A stretch of DNA of 61,100 bases, counting the filler, from Bipalium vagum (taxonomy: Eukaryota): NCBI GenBank assembly GCA_037834085.1. It is 3 parts of 3 records of this genome, joined end to end, with 100 filler letters (N's around TTAATTAATTAA, not from the genome) between each part and the next. Parts side by side here need not be neighbours in the genome. Positions count along the whole stretch, not along the records: positions 21,324 to 44,709 come from JBBMKC010209264.1; positions 44,810 to 61,100 come from JBBMKC010117772.1; 1 more part is not named here. The stretch is one strand, 5' to 3'. The notes beneath the pieces are model-generated. The model saw nothing but the letters and a program-made list of their open reading frames with translations. It made no database searches and was not told where the DNA came from. Each line of letters begins with the position of its first letter. Positions within the stretch are counted from its first letter, which is position 1. This document shows, one piece after another, positions 36,451 to 49,025 of the stretch. A program made the translations under genes and the position numbers.

Positions 36451-37439
36451 CTAAAATATACATAAAAATAAGTTTAATACATAAATTAAGTTATATTTTA
36501 AATTTATATACTTAGAAGTTGATAAATAATAATAATTATATATAAAGTTAATACATAAAATAAGCTATATTTTAACATTAATATTTTAAATGTATATACC
36601 TTTAATTTTATTTAATTAGTCAGTTTAAACAATTGGAGTCTAAAGATTGTTTTTAACTAATTTTACTTAATTAGTTACTGGATTTTAAAATGTACCTTCT
36701 TAAGGATTTAGAAAGGATTTAGAAAAAATGAAATAACAAATTGTTGGCAATAAATGAATATTTCGTTGATTGACGCTTTTGTCTTATTGGTTTGTCTGAG
36801 TTACTGTGTTTGCCTTAGGTTTCATATTTTTTAGCCCTTTGCTAGTAAACTCTTAAGGTTTTATAGTTCTTTATTTCAACTTTATTTTAAATTGGTAAAA
36901 ATTGTTACCAGATTTAATTGTTTAATTCTTTATTTTTATGTTTTAGAATTTTCGTCTTCATTAGATCCTTAAGATTTCGATATGATCAATATGATGATAT
37001 CCCTTCTATGAAACAATATTGTGAAATTAATTAAAAATTAGTCGGTGATGTAGATCAGCGGTGAGAGCAGTCCATACATATATGAAAGATCAATTTGTTT
37101 TGTTCGTTCGAATCCCGGTATCCGATTAATTTTCAACTAAAAAAATATTTCATACACCATCATTGTACGCAAAATACAGCGCACAAGTATTTTGAACTTT
37201 TTCGGTATTGCAAATATCTCTTTAGAATTAACATCATTGAACGAAATAATAGAATTATAATTTTGCATTTATCCAGCATAAGTCATAGAATAACACTGCA
37301 GAATAACGTTTTTTAAAGAAAAAGTGTTCCTTTTTATTTTATTATTATGCATTTATGATTGGCTAAAGCAATCTGAACGGAGCATCCTTCATATGTTTCA
37401 ATAGTAAATAATATATTGATATATTAATACATTTATAAT

Positions 37440-37915
37440 AGGGGATTCTTTTAATTTTGAAATTTCTCGAAGTGCCCCTTACACCGAATGTGCGCCTTAG
37501 GGAAAGATATATCACAAAATCCAAAATATTTATTAATTATTTTATTCAACACACATATAATCAGTTATTTTCTTTTGTAATTTCATTCTTTTATTAAAAT
37601 TTGGAATAAAACTTTCTTCTGAATTCGTAAAATTCTTGTACAGACTCTGGACAAGTCATCGAAATATTTGATTGAATAAAGCTGATTGATTCATATAACT
37701 TTCGTTTTAATTCCAATAGATTCTCAGCTATTGAAAACTCTATTTCAGGCGAATTTTCAACTTCTTCATCAGTTTCACTTTTCATCGAATTTTCTACTGA
37801 ATCCTCCACTTCATTCTCAAGTAATTCTTCCTCAACAATATAGCTGACGCTGTTGTCCACTATAGTAACATCAAAAATATTTTCATGTTTTTCTATGATT
37901 CCATCGTCGATTTCA
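37440..37915 (-). mobile_element. probable pogo/Tc2-like 3' end with acidic tail
   Basis: Acidic ORF 37594-37860 is followed by the subterminal repeats TAAGGCGCAC / TAAGGGGCAC seen in pogo-like ends. No catalytic motif is visible. Confidence 0.4.
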
Positions 37916-37920
37916 AGGAT

Positions 37921-37952
<32 letters not shown>

Positions 37953-37989
37953 ATTTTGCTTAAAATAAAACTAATTTTTAAAAAATTTT

Positions 37990-38620
37990 AAATGACACGA
38001 ATTATATGAAGTAATTAAACACAGAATAGTGTCTTTCTATAAAAATATACAATATATTTAGTTCTGATGAGGAAAAATGTATTTTCAGACAATCTAAGAA
38101 TATTATTCCAATGTGAAACATGGAGGCGGTGTTATGCTTTGAGGTTGTATGAGTGCATCTGGGGTAGGAGGAGATGTAAAGAATGAAGGGGTTATGATTC
38201 CCCTGAAGTATGTTAAAAGGAAATGTAATAAAGTGTGGAGAAATTATGTATTGCCAAATGTTACTTGTTCTAATAGGAAAATGATCTGAAACAAACTGAT
38301 AAATAACCAAGGAATTTTTTTCTAAATAAATCCAGAAATATATTAGTTACTCCACAATAATCTCCAGATATTAACCCTATAAAAATTGTGATCGCATTTG
38401 GAGAAAAATAATTCGCCAAAGATTTTTATTCGGAAAAGAACTTTATAAGTGTTTGATGAAATCATGATCGGATATAACATTTGAAACTACAAAACCGTTG
38501 GTGGAATCAGTGCCCAGAAGACTCCAATCAATAATTAAGAATAATGAACGGCATAAAAGTATTAGATAAGATGTTGGTGTCGAAAATCAACTTTCTTTCA
38601 AAAGTAGGTGTACAAGTATA
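37990..38620 (+). mobile_element. Tc1-like (DD34E) remnant
   Basis: FSSDE, KHGGG-VML*GCMSASGVG, SPDINPI, LVESVPRRLQSIIKN, across frameshifts. Confidence 0.82.
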
Positions 38621-38742
38621 TTTCAGAAAATAAAGTTTACATTTATTCCCTATATTTCTGCAATTGAAATATTGATAATTTATTGATAAGTCCTATAGAT
38701 ATATTAACGAATTTCATAACCATTATAATTTTCAGTTTTATA

Positions 38743-41700
38743 ATGAAGAAATCAAAACCAAACTACCTAACAATTCAAAATCTACACCAACTGCCACGTG
38801 CAGGCATCATATACGCCATCAGGTCTGAGGATATTATAACAATTAATCGCAATGTTCCGTCAAAGCTTTCTATTCAGAAATTGAATTCCAACAATAATAA
38901 GGTTATCAGTCATCATATTTCCGACAACTCATTGTGCTCTTCCGATGTTGAAGAAACTCAGATTTCATCGTCATTTCGATCTTCTGATAAGTCATTGATT
39001 TATAAAGATAACAGCAACCTTTCTACGTCTTCTGAAAACGTGATCAAACACCTTTTTATTGAAAAGAACAGTAAAGAGGTCCGCCAAACTAGAAAATGTA
39101 TCAATTCCAATCAGAACTCATTAATAGTTCAAAGAGGATCTTTTGATACAAATGTATATTCAGATAGTTCAAATAGTAATGATAAACTATTGATAGATAC
39201 AATTGAAAAAGTGAAAAAGAAAAAGGATAAAAAAATGTTGATACACAAAAAACACAGAAAACCAACTTCAATTAAGACAAACAGGCTTAAGTCTCAGGAT
39301 CAAGAGAAAATGATGAGGTCTTATAAGATTGATTTAGAAACTAACGACTTGATTACAGTACAAGGTCAGTTGGAATTGAAAGAAGAAAATATTAATCAAA
39401 TAGAAAATCACAAAGATAAAACCAATGTTAAATCTATTTCTCAAAGTTTTTTAAAACCTGAGCTCGAACCAAAATCAGTCAAAGAAGAGTCCCGTGGACC
39501 TGTATCGGAAGTAATTAATAAAACAAAGTCCCAAAATCAACTGGAAAAGGTGGAAGATAAAGAAATTATCAGACGGAAAGAATTTAATGAGAAAGAGAAA
39601 CCCTACAATGACCTTTATCAATTTTCTGAAAGCAGACATGTTCAAAATCTCGTCAAAAATCATCAGCTGAACATAGAAACATCAAGTAAACAGCAAGGCC
39701 AGAACCAGCAGAAAATTATAGATGAAAAAGAAAGTCAGAAAAGACAGAGTATTGAAAGTAATTCCAAACCGACTTCAACTAAAGATGAAAGAATAACACC
39801 AAAAAATCACATTGACGATAATCTGGAAAGCTTCAATAAATCGAAGCCTCAACACATTTTTGAGAGTTCTGAAGATAAAGAAAATATTGTCCAGCACGAA
39901 TACAAAGATAAAATTGGATCATCTTCTGAACTTGTATTACCTACAAGAATAAGTTATGGAAATAAAAAAGAAGTCAGTCGAGAAAAACAAATTAGTTTAA
40001 AGGAACAAAATCATTTAGACCTTTTTGAGAAAAGGGAGAGTCACAAGAGAAAGAGTTATGAAGACGATTTACCCTCATCAAGCTTTCAAGGTCATTTCAA
40101 TTATGTGGATGAAGAAGACATAGTTAAGAAAAATGGTGATAAAGTTGACACCCCTCATTTCAAGAAATCGAAACCAAGAAACCATTTCGAAATTGCTAAT
40201 AATAAAGAAAACAATAAACAGAAGTTTTATAACATCGACTTCGAAACATATAACAGATTAAGGGTACCAAATAGTTTCAAATTGATGGAGGAGTACAATT
40301 TCAGCAAAAGAGACTCTCAAAGTAGTAATAAGTCAGGATTTCGTATAGTGAAGCCGGAAACAGAACCGTCTCGGTTGATGCCGGATGCGAAGACCCACTC
40401 GACAAAACTGAAAGAAAATGAGTGCTCTGGAGACAGTGATTCTTCGATGCTGCTCTGTCAGAGAGCAGATGATGAATTACTGGGACGATACCAGGACGTC
40501 AGTATGGAACTGAGTCGGTTAAAAGTGAAATACAACGAATTGGTACTGGAAAACAGTTCCATTAAACAACTGACGGAAAACCTCAAATGTGAAATTGATA
40601 ATCTGAAATATGAGAATTCCAATGTCCGGATTAGAAATGAGACTCTGGCCGCCAGGAATTTGGAAAATCAGAATTTAACGCGAATTATAGAAAACCTAAA
40701 TCGAAAAACACGAGACCTTGGGTTCGAAATCGAATTTTTCCAAACTAAAGATTGTGATAAGACCAGACGTTTGTTGGAACTCGAGAAAAATATCATTGAA
40801 CTCAATGAGAAATCTTCTGCCACTGCTCTTGAAATGGAACATCTGCGACATCAGCTGGCTGTGAAGGATTCCGAGATAAAACGTTTGACAAGCAGTCAAC
40901 ATGTTGACGGTGAAAAGGACTTGAAGATGAAACTGATTCACAACGAACTGATTGAGCTGAAAGGAAATATCCGTGTGATATGTCGAATTAAACCCGAATC
41001 CAGTAACTTGATACAAATCATTAACAACGAGACCGTTCAATTGCCATCGTCACGCTCCAAAACCCTTTGCAACATTTACAATTTCAATCGAGTCTTCAAA
41101 TCGACCTCCAGTCAAAGTGAAGTTTTCGCTGAACTGAGACCTCTCATAACCTCATTTGTTGATGGATACAATGTGAACATGATTACATATGGCCAATCTG
41201 GAAGCGGAAAGACATTTACGATGATTGGAACGAGGGATGAGCCGGGAATAGTCACTCATTCTATTAAAGAGGTATTCAAATTGTGCAAGGAACGTTCAAC
41301 TTGGAATTATAGAATCTGTCTGAGTGTCTTGGAAATTTACAACGAAACCATTTTCGATTTGTTATCGATCAGCGATGCCATTAAGCCGATCTGGAGGAGA
41401 AAAACCCAAATCCACGATGATGGCAAATGCATTCACATTAAGGGATTGTCGGAAATCGAAATAAAACACGAAGACGAATTGTTGGCCTATGTTACGAAGA
41501 GCAGTAAAAATCGGACTTCATGTGTAACGACTCAAAACCCCGATAGTTCCAGGTCTCATTTTATCATTATGCTAAGGATAATTGGTCGTAATACATTTCA
41601 AAATTATACGACCCAAGGTGTATTGATGTTATGTGATTTGGCCGGTTCCGAGAACTGTACTTGTAGTATTTCAGAGAGTTCAATGACTGAATCGAAATAC

Positions 41701-41961
41701 ATAAGTAAATCCTTAACCGTCCTGGGAAGAGTATTTGAAGCTCTGTACAACAAGCTTGTTGTAATACCTTTTCGAGATTCAAAATTGACACATATTTTAA
41801 AACCGTCATTATCGGGAGACGGAAAATTTGCTTTCATCGTAACCGTGTCTGGGAAAACAGAAAATCTGAGCAATACTGTTCGGCTCTTGAATCTGGCAAA
41901 GAAGGTGGCTCAGATTAGCCTAGGCCAACCCCGTAAGAATACAGTTAACAATTTTAATTAA
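38743..41961 (+). CDS. kinesin-14 family C-terminal motor protein (KIFC3/KIF25-like), single coding exon, 1072 aa from first ATG
   Basis: Uninterrupted ORF with a low-complexity N-terminus and a coiled coil. Neck ELKGNIRVICRIKP, P-loop GQSGSGKT, switch I SSRSH, switch II DLAGSE, PFRDSKLTHIL. The first ATG (38743) is 7 nt after a TTTTCAG acceptor, so an upstream exon is possible. Confidence 0.93.
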   Translation: MKKSKPNYLTIQNLHQLPRAGIIYAIRSEDIITINRNVPSKLSIQKLNSNNNKVISHHISDNSLCSSDVEETQISSSFRSSDKSLIYKDNSNLSTSSENVIKHLFIEKNSKEVRQTRKCINSNQNSLIVQRGSFDTNVYSDSSNSNDKLLIDTIEKVKKKKDKKMLIHKKHRKPTSIKTNRLKSQDQEKMMRSYKIDLETNDLITVQGQLELKEENINQIENHKDKTNVKSISQSFLKPELEPKSVKEESRGPVSEVINKTKSQNQLEKVEDKEIIRRKEFNEKEKPYNDLYQFSESRHVQNLVKNHQLNIETSSKQQGQNQQKIIDEKESQKRQSIESNSKPTSTKDERITPKNHIDDNLESFNKSKPQHIFESSEDKENIVQHEYKDKIGSSSELVLPTRISYGNKKEVSREKQISLKEQNHLDLFEKRESHKRKSYEDDLPSSSFQGHFNYVDEEDIVKKNGDKVDTPHFKKSKPRNHFEIANNKENNKQKFYNIDFETYNRLRVPNSFKLMEEYNFSKRDSQSSNKSGFRIVKPETEPSRLMPDAKTHSTKLKENECSGDSDSSMLLCQRADDELLGRYQDVSMELSRLKVKYNELVLENSSIKQLTENLKCEIDNLKYENSNVRIRNETLAARNLENQNLTRIIENLNRKTRDLGFEIEFFQTKDCDKTRRLLELEKNIIELNEKSSATALEMEHLRHQLAVKDSEIKRLTSSQHVDGEKDLKMKLIHNELIELKGNIRVICRIKPESSNLIQIINNETVQLPSSRSKTLCNIYNFNRVFKSTSSQSEVFAELRPLITSFVDGYNVNMITYGQSGSGKTFTMIGTRDEPGIVTHSIKEVFKLCKERSTWNYRICLSVLEIYNETIFDLLSISDAIKPIWRRKTQIHDDGKCIHIKGLSEIEIKHEDELLAYVTKSSKNRTSCVTTQNPDSSRSHFIIMLRIIGRNTFQNYTTQGVLMLCDLAGSENCTCSISESSMTESKYISKSLTVLGRVFEALYNKLVVIPFRDSKLTHILKPSLSGDGKFAFIVTVSGKTENLSNTVRLLNLAKKVAQISLGQPRKNTVNNFN

Positions 41962-42144
41962 ATAATGGGAAGGTTCAACTATTTTATGAATCTGGTTTAT
42001 ATAGGTTGGTCAAGATAAAGTAAATAAGAAATCGTGTGGTTTAAACTATTTATTCCTTATTATTAATATGAAATAATGATATATATATAAATGTGCTCAA
42101 ATATATTTCTGAATACTCATCTTAAGATAAAAATAAATTATATG

Positions 42145-43270
42145 ATTACCGTAAACCGTTGAAACAAAACATTATTATTTTGTTTAAATGAACTAAAAAT
42201 CAAATAATAATGACCGAGTAGTGTCGCGCTATTTTCGTGTTAAGTTTAAACAAATACTGGTGAAATAGAGACCCGTTCATTTATGATTTGTTATTTGATT
42301 TCCAAATAACCTCTTTAGGTAACTCTTTGTTAAAAGCTCGTTGCATCTTGAACTTTCCCATAACGACTGGTTTAAATTCTCTCCAGTCGCTGAAACTAAG
42401 AAGCAGATCGTTACACTTTCCTTTGCAAGTTTTCCATCTTTTGATGGTTTGACTCTGACTATGAGATATTTATGTAAAAGTCCCCGCCAGTTTCGTCGAT
42501 TACCAAATATCAACAAATTGATATCCTCGTAGGATATTATTGACTATGTTTACATTTTTGTACAATTTGATGAACCATTCTGGCACTTTATCCGGAAAAA
42601 TTTCGAAAAGAAATGTTGTCTTTTCCGAAATTAATTTAACATTTGACGATTCCACTTCTGAATGACAAGACGCCAAAGAACTTTTCGTTGGTTTTAAATC
42701 TCTAAAACTTTGGGTCTTCAATATTTCAAATAATACATATTTTGCTTTGTCTTGTAATATTGCCCCCCAAAAATTGGAATATGGTACGAGCGAGCAGATG
42801 AAAACCAGTTATAAATTGTTTCATCTAAAAGGGCTTTATTTCCAGATGGTCTACATTTTTCTAACGGGATTGACTGATTCGTTTTATATTTCTCTATTTT
42901 TAAATGTTTTCGAGCAGTTTGAAACTGCCGATTGAAACATTATATTTTGTGATATTTCACATACACTTTTCCAAATACACATATCTAATAATGATTTAGG
43001 CTTATCACCGAGACTTGCTTCGTTGGATTTTCCTTTTGATCTAAATTAGTGTTTGTTTTCCATTATATTAATAAGTTAGAAATATCTTAACACAAATACT
43101 CATTAAAATACTCAATGTTAAAGGTTAAAATCCATTAGTATTATTGTACAAAAAATTTAATGTGTTCAATGTTTAAGGTAAAGAGATATTTCAGTCAGAA
43201 AAGGTGATTTGCTATATAAATGTGCCGACTACGTATTTATAAGTGTTCAAAGAAACAGGTTTCTCTGTGC
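42145..43270 (-). mobile_element. pogo/Tigger-like remnant
   Basis: GKLAKESVTICFLVSATGE (KxxKERxT...AxG motif) and a TIR-like CAGAGAAACCTG at the 5' end. Confidence 0.7.
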
Positions 43271-43289
43271 TTGAAACACTTTTTATAAT

Positions 43290-43680
43290 AATTGTTCGTT
43301 TCAACTTAAATAGCTTATTTTTTGTGATCGAGATGAAGAGCGTACTTTTTAAAGGTGTACTTTTCATATGCTGGTGGGACATTTGATGCCAAGCTCTACT
43401 GTGAGAAACTCAACTGTGTTCATGAGAAATTGAACGGTGATCACCCTAATTTCATTAAAAGAAAGCTTTAATTGATGTACCAACTTTTAATGCACTAGCT
43501 CATCCAAAGAAACTGATACAGAAAAATAAGATCTGGAGGGAGTGGGGTTCTGCAACATTCTCCTTACAGTCCTGACTGTACCCCATTCGATTATGGCTTG
43601 TTCCGGCTAATGCAGTACTTCTTATGGAGGAAGCGCTTGAACAATGTTGAGCAAGTCGATATGGCGTTTTGTCACTTCAA
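43290..43680 (+). mobile_element. mariner catalytic-region remnant
   Basis: CWWDI ... LQHSPYSPDCTPFDYGLFRLMQ. Confidence 0.8.
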
Positions 43681-44640
43681 TAATTATCATTTATCTGGAT
43701 TAATAAATAAATTACAGAAAAAATAATCTTATAAATTAAATGTTTAAATTTATGAAAAAAGTAAAAAGATATTTAAGGAAATTAAATATTTTGAAATGAA
43801 GATTTCTTCAGTAAATTTAATTAGCTTATTCAAAAATATTTTTATTGAAATTTCATTTCTTTTTTTTTTAAAAAAATTTAATATAAAAACAAGCCCTTGA
43901 AAAAATAACAAAGGTATGTTTTGTAAGAGCATTTGAGTAAGATTATGAAACATTAAAATTTTTAAAACATTAATTAATAAAAATAATATATATAAATCGC
44001 TTTTATATTATAAATTACTTCAGCTAAGTAAAAGAGAAAAAAATAATTTTTATCTACTTATAATTGTCACTAGATGATTTAATTAAAATATTAATAAAAA
44101 TCTTTTTTTGACAATTAAAATTTTTGTTTTCTTGAATATTTTTCCTAATCTGATTTTTAATTTACAATTTTCAAATATTTCTCAGTTCACTGAAATCGAT
44201 TGAGATCATCGAATATTGATCATCAAATAACTAAAATGACTCGAAGTCTGTTTTCTAAACATTTTATTTATTTTCTTTATTTAATTTAATAATAATTAAT
44301 TAATTTTGTTTTAAAATTTCATTCTTCCACAACCATTTGTAATTCTGATAACAAAAATCACACGGGTTTGTTCAGATTTAAACTATAAATATGAATAGAA
44401 TCGAGACATAAAATAAATATTTATTATTTGTCTACATTCATTCTGTCTTCTTCATCCATCATAATCAGGAACCAAGGTTTACGAAATATCACTGGAATCA
44501 TAAAATAACTCTCTCTAGACCACGTTTTCTTTGCGATTTATATTAAATTAAAATTTAAGTAAACCTTTAAAAAAATTTTGTATTAATGCACATAATATTT
44601 ATAAATAATAACAAGTTTTGTGTTATTATTTAATTGATTA

Positions 44641-44644
<4 letters not shown>

Positions 44645-44709
<65 letters not shown>
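44645..44709. repeat. (TAT)n microsatellite running into a gap
   Basis: Direct observation. Confidence 0.95.
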
Positions 44710-44809
44710 NNNNNNNNNNNNNNNNNNNNNNNNNNNNNNNNNNNNNNNNNNNNTTAATTAATTAANNNNNNNNNNNNNNNNNNNNNNNNNNNNNNNNNNN
44801 NNNNNNNNN
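44710..44809. other. assembly gap with artificial linker
   Basis: 44 N + TTAATTAATTAA + 44 N. Confidence 0.97.
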
Positions 44810-45599
44810 AAATCTAAGAATTTCGATATCTCTAGGATTAAGATGAATTAAATAAAATTTGACCATGAAGTGTGTTGAAGCGTAATACTTAAATTTTAAT
44901 TGTTCGACGTTTTAAAGTTTCTAAAAAGAATTTAATAATATTTCTGTAAAAGATGAAAAAAAGAAGGAATTTTAACTGAAGTTTTCTTTTTAAGTTCAGT
45001 CTGAGAATTAGGATTAAATTAATTAGCATTGACTTAGAAAAAAGATTATTCATGATTTTTTCGATGACAGCTTATCAGCAAAACAAAGCAAGACCGAATA
45101 TAAACATCTTTTTTAATTATAATGATTTTAATAACTGAGAATATTATAATATTAATATTAAGGTCTTTTTAATCAGTAAATATTTCGGTAAGGGGTAAAT
45201 ATAAAGTATGACCTACCTTGATATATTTGAATAAAAATATTTTTTATTTTATTTTAAAATTTATTTCCAGTGGTAAAGATTATTTTTATTTATTCCTCTC
45301 TTATAAATCTTGCCTTAATTAAAACAAAATACATGCTCAAATTTTACATTAAAAAAATTCCCGGAAAAATCATCATTGATTTCAATGTTCTTAGCGGTCA
45401 TTGCGTAGATCATATTAAAGAGCACATTGGCAATAAGAAGAATGTAAAATTGTAACAATATCAATTAGTAAAGTAAAGTAGTATAAAAATAATTAGTAAA
45501 AGTATTTTTTCAACATTTTACACCCAGTAATTATTATAATATTAAAACGTTTCAGGTGATAAATGGATATCTAATCAATTGTATGTCTTCTATTTTTAT

Positions 45600-46270
45600 A
45601 TCACATATCAAAATTGTTTGAGAATCTTGCCTACCCACTTTCTAGTGTTTTTAAAATATACTCATTTCTCGTCACAAGTTATAATTCTTTTAATTACAGT
45701 CTGATATCTGTTCCATATTAATAGTAATAAAGAAGACCAAATGAATAAACACTGATTTTTGAAGCTTCTCAACTTTTCCGATTTGCGAAAATAGTCAAGA
45801 ATTGTGGTATTGCAACATCAAATAGTTCTGCAAGTTGAATTTTTAAAATAAGATTCTAATCTCTGCCACGAAGATTCTCTTACTATGAAAATTATTATTT
45901 ATTGTGTGATGAGTTCTTATCTTAATTTTGGTTGTCGAAACAATTTAGATTTTACATTTTGAAGCTCAGATTACTGGATCTAACTCCACTTGATTTCTCC
46001 CTTATGAGACACCTGAGAACCCCAGTATATTGAAGAAAACAAAAAGATAAACAAGACCTGAAAGATATTATTCAAATAGTGGCAGCCGTATTATTTCCAG
46101 AAATATCTCAAAGTGTTATGAATCAGTTTTATAATCTCTTACATATGTGTAATAAAGTTAAAGGTCATTCTGTAGAAAACTTAAAAAATTTTAATAAAAA
46201 GTTGCAGTTTTCTGTCAAATATACCAGGCTGTGTAAATGTAGTCTCGGTTTTCTGAAAAATAGTTTAAAG
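45600..46270. mobile_element. minus-strand mariner fragment adjoining a plus-strand rosa/DD41D-like 3' remnant
   Basis: Plus, from about 45978: DLTPLDFSL..HL...DLKDIIQ...MCNKVKGHSVEN. Minus, 45600-45900: degenerate IITCDEK region. Confidence 0.6.
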
Positions 46271-47676
46271 GAATATTAATCGACACAAACTTTGAGTTAA
46301 TGAAATAATTTTTATCTATTAATAATTATAATATATATATACAATTATTACCTATTATAATTTAATATTTAATTGAAATTCAATTAAGATTCTTAGTTCA
46401 TTTTGTTTTACCACTTTAAATTACTTAATTATTATTATAAGCAAATTTGCAATGACCACGACTTCTGAGCAAATTAGGATATGTATATTTTATGAATTCA
46501 AGCTGAACCAATTAGAGCTGCTTCGGGTCAACCCCTTAAAATCATGAAGCATATTTATATTTATGGTATTACATTTTAAAATCGAATAATTACTTTACAC
46601 ACTCTGTATTTGAATTAGATTCAGAATTTGATAGAAAAAGAATGTCAAGATACACTATCAGAATGACAAAACTGCCTAACAATATCAATTAATGTTTAAT
46701 AATTTGTGAAGATAATTAACATCTAAAGAGGACACTTAAAAAGCAAAGAAATTACGGTTTCAAGACTCAGGGTTGTTCTACAAATTCACAAATTCAACAA
46801 ATCTTTGAGACTTCACAATACTTCAAAAAACAATAATAGTCTAAAAGCATGAAAATCTACAGACTCTCGTTGCGTGACATCTCATTTTATTAAGTAATAC
46901 AATTTTCTTTTTAAGTCTCGATATAGATATATATTTGACATTATTTTTTTCATCATTTTTCGTTGTTGTCCATATTTTATATAATAATTTTTACATAATC
47001 TCAACGAAAGTACAATATCCGAAATATCTCATTTCCATAACAGACAGTGAAGATTGTAAAATTCCAAAGATTTCTATCAACATTTTCATATAACAAACAA
47101 AGCAGAAATTGGATAAAAAAATCGAAAATTATTTTATTTATTTTTGGTTCAATTGAGAAAAAAATCTCGATTTTTCATTTTTGTGTTTGAAAATTATTTT
47201 CTCAAAATAAAATGGTGAAAAATTTAATTCATTCTGATTTGATTCATTCATTTATTAAACATTTTTTATTATATTAATACATTAATCAGCAAATGATTAT
47301 TCTGTTCTCCCGATAAACCTTGATCCATTAGCATTTGCATTAGGGATACTACTTCATTCAACATGCTTTTCTAATCATCCTTTTACCAATTAGCTTAAAT
47401 GGAAAGGGCTTAGGAAAATATTATGAAGAAATTCATTATGCTCAAAATATCTGTAAGGAAAAATGAGGATTATAAAAATACATTTTGAAGGAAAAGCCCT
47501 ATTCTCCTTAGACGATATTTGTATTATTGTTGAGATCCTTTTAAAAGTTACATTAAAATATTAAAAATATAATATATTCATTTTTAAATCCTACTAATTT
47601 ATATTTTTTATATTTAGAGATTTTCTTGTCTCATTTATTTATTAAATTAAATCCATTTGATAGGTGAAAATTGTTT

Positions 47677-47878
47677 NNNNNNNNNNNNNNNNNNNNNNNN
47701 NNNNNNNNNNNNNNNNNNNNNNNNNNNNNNNNNNNNNNNNNNNNNNNNNNNNNNNNNNNNNNNNNNNNNNNNNNNNNNNNNNNNNNNNNNNNNNNNNNNN
47801 NNNNNNNNNNNNNNNNNNNNNNNNNNNNNNNNNNNNNNNNNNNNNNNNNNNNNNNNNNNNNNNNNNNNNNNNNNNNNN
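47677..47878. other. assembly gap
   Basis: Run of N. Confidence 0.98.
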
Positions 47879-47989
47879 ATACATACATAAATCAATAGAT
47901 AAATAAATATATAGTTAAATAAATCAATAAATCAATACATAAAAAAATAAATTAAAATAAATAAATGTGTTAATCTTTCTGAGGTGCAA

Positions 47990-48147
47990 AACTTTTATTA
48001 CAATTTTGTTGGTTGGCGGTGAAACACAATGTTCTTTAACGTATAGCATGGGCGTAGACGCTATATTTTTTATCAATAGTAACTGAATGACCAAGATCTG
48101 ATAATTTTCTTGCCTCTTCAGTAGTGAATTGCATATTGAAATCAAAA
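47990..48147 (-). mobile_element. mariner fragment
   Basis: ISICNSLLKRQEN, the mariner helix preceding the first catalytic D. Confidence 0.65.
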
Positions 48148-49025
48148 TACGTGGTATGGCTAAAAAGTACTTAAACTCTACCAGAAATAAAGAATATATT
48201 TAAGTAAACTTTTGCACATAAAATAATAGGCATGAAATACATGACTTGTTTAAATATGAATTCAAAAAAATGTTGAATTCTGAAATTTAATCCGGGTTTT
48301 ATTACCAAACAGGAAATTATGAATGAGCTGAAAAAGATATAAGTCGAAGAAACCCCATGTATGGCAACCATCTACACGGTGCGCCAAAAGTTACTTCCTC
48401 ACTAAAAATGATCATAACTTTTTGTAATTTAAATAATTTTCACATTTTATTTTTTAGATAAATTATATGAACAATGCAAAAATATATATTGGAAGAAAGA
48501 ATCAAGATATTGATATTTTATTTGGAAAATCAGAGAAACATTTATAAGACTCAATTAGAATTTCGGAAATTTTATAATGTGAAGAAATCACCTTCTGGTG
48601 CAACTATTGGGTCAATATTTTGTAAATTTGAAAGTTATGGACCAGTTGCAGATAGCAGTAGATCTGGTAGACCACCATATTCAACAATGTTAAAAAATGA
48701 TATTAAAGAAGAAATAACGGCTATAACTCAAACAATCTTGGTATCGGCAATGAAAAATGTTTTAAAAAGAGCTGAAATTTGTAAACGCTCTGGCAAACAT
48801 CATTTAAAAGACATAATCTTTAAAAAGTAAACCAAAAGATTATGGTTCTATTGAAATATATTGTATTAATAACAGTTTTTATTTATGTATTACGTTTTGA
48901 CTTCTATTTTAATTAAATGGGTAGGAAGGGACTTTTGGCGCAGCCTGTATAACTGGATCCGCGATTTTTCATCTGGCTGTAAAAGTGTTTATAAAGCATT
49001 CGAAAGTGGGAGACCTGGCAGAATG
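48148..49025 (+). mobile_element. mariner 5' remnant hosting a nested insertion
   Basis: TIR-like TACGTGGTATGGCTAAAAAGT. ETPCMATI-Y-NWIRDFSSGCKSVYKAFESGRP becomes contiguous when 48375-48947 and one TA are removed. Confidence 0.8.
48375..48947 (+). mobile_element. internally deleted rosa/DD41D-like element with intact ends and an open 118-aa ORF (48474-48830)
   Basis: TA duplication at 48373-74 and 48948-49. TIRs CACGGTGCGCCAAAAGTTACTTCCT / AGGAAGGGACTTTTGGCGCAGCCTG. The ORF joins the N-terminal HTH (to RSGRP) in frame to the C-terminal helices (HLKDIIFKK). Confidence 0.88.

Noticed and set aside
39475-41873. Minus-strand ORFs overlapping the kinesin
   Set aside because: Antisense shadows with no independent motifs.
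47631-47906. ORFs made of X residues (also 55970-56227)
   Set aside because: Artefacts of translating through N gaps.
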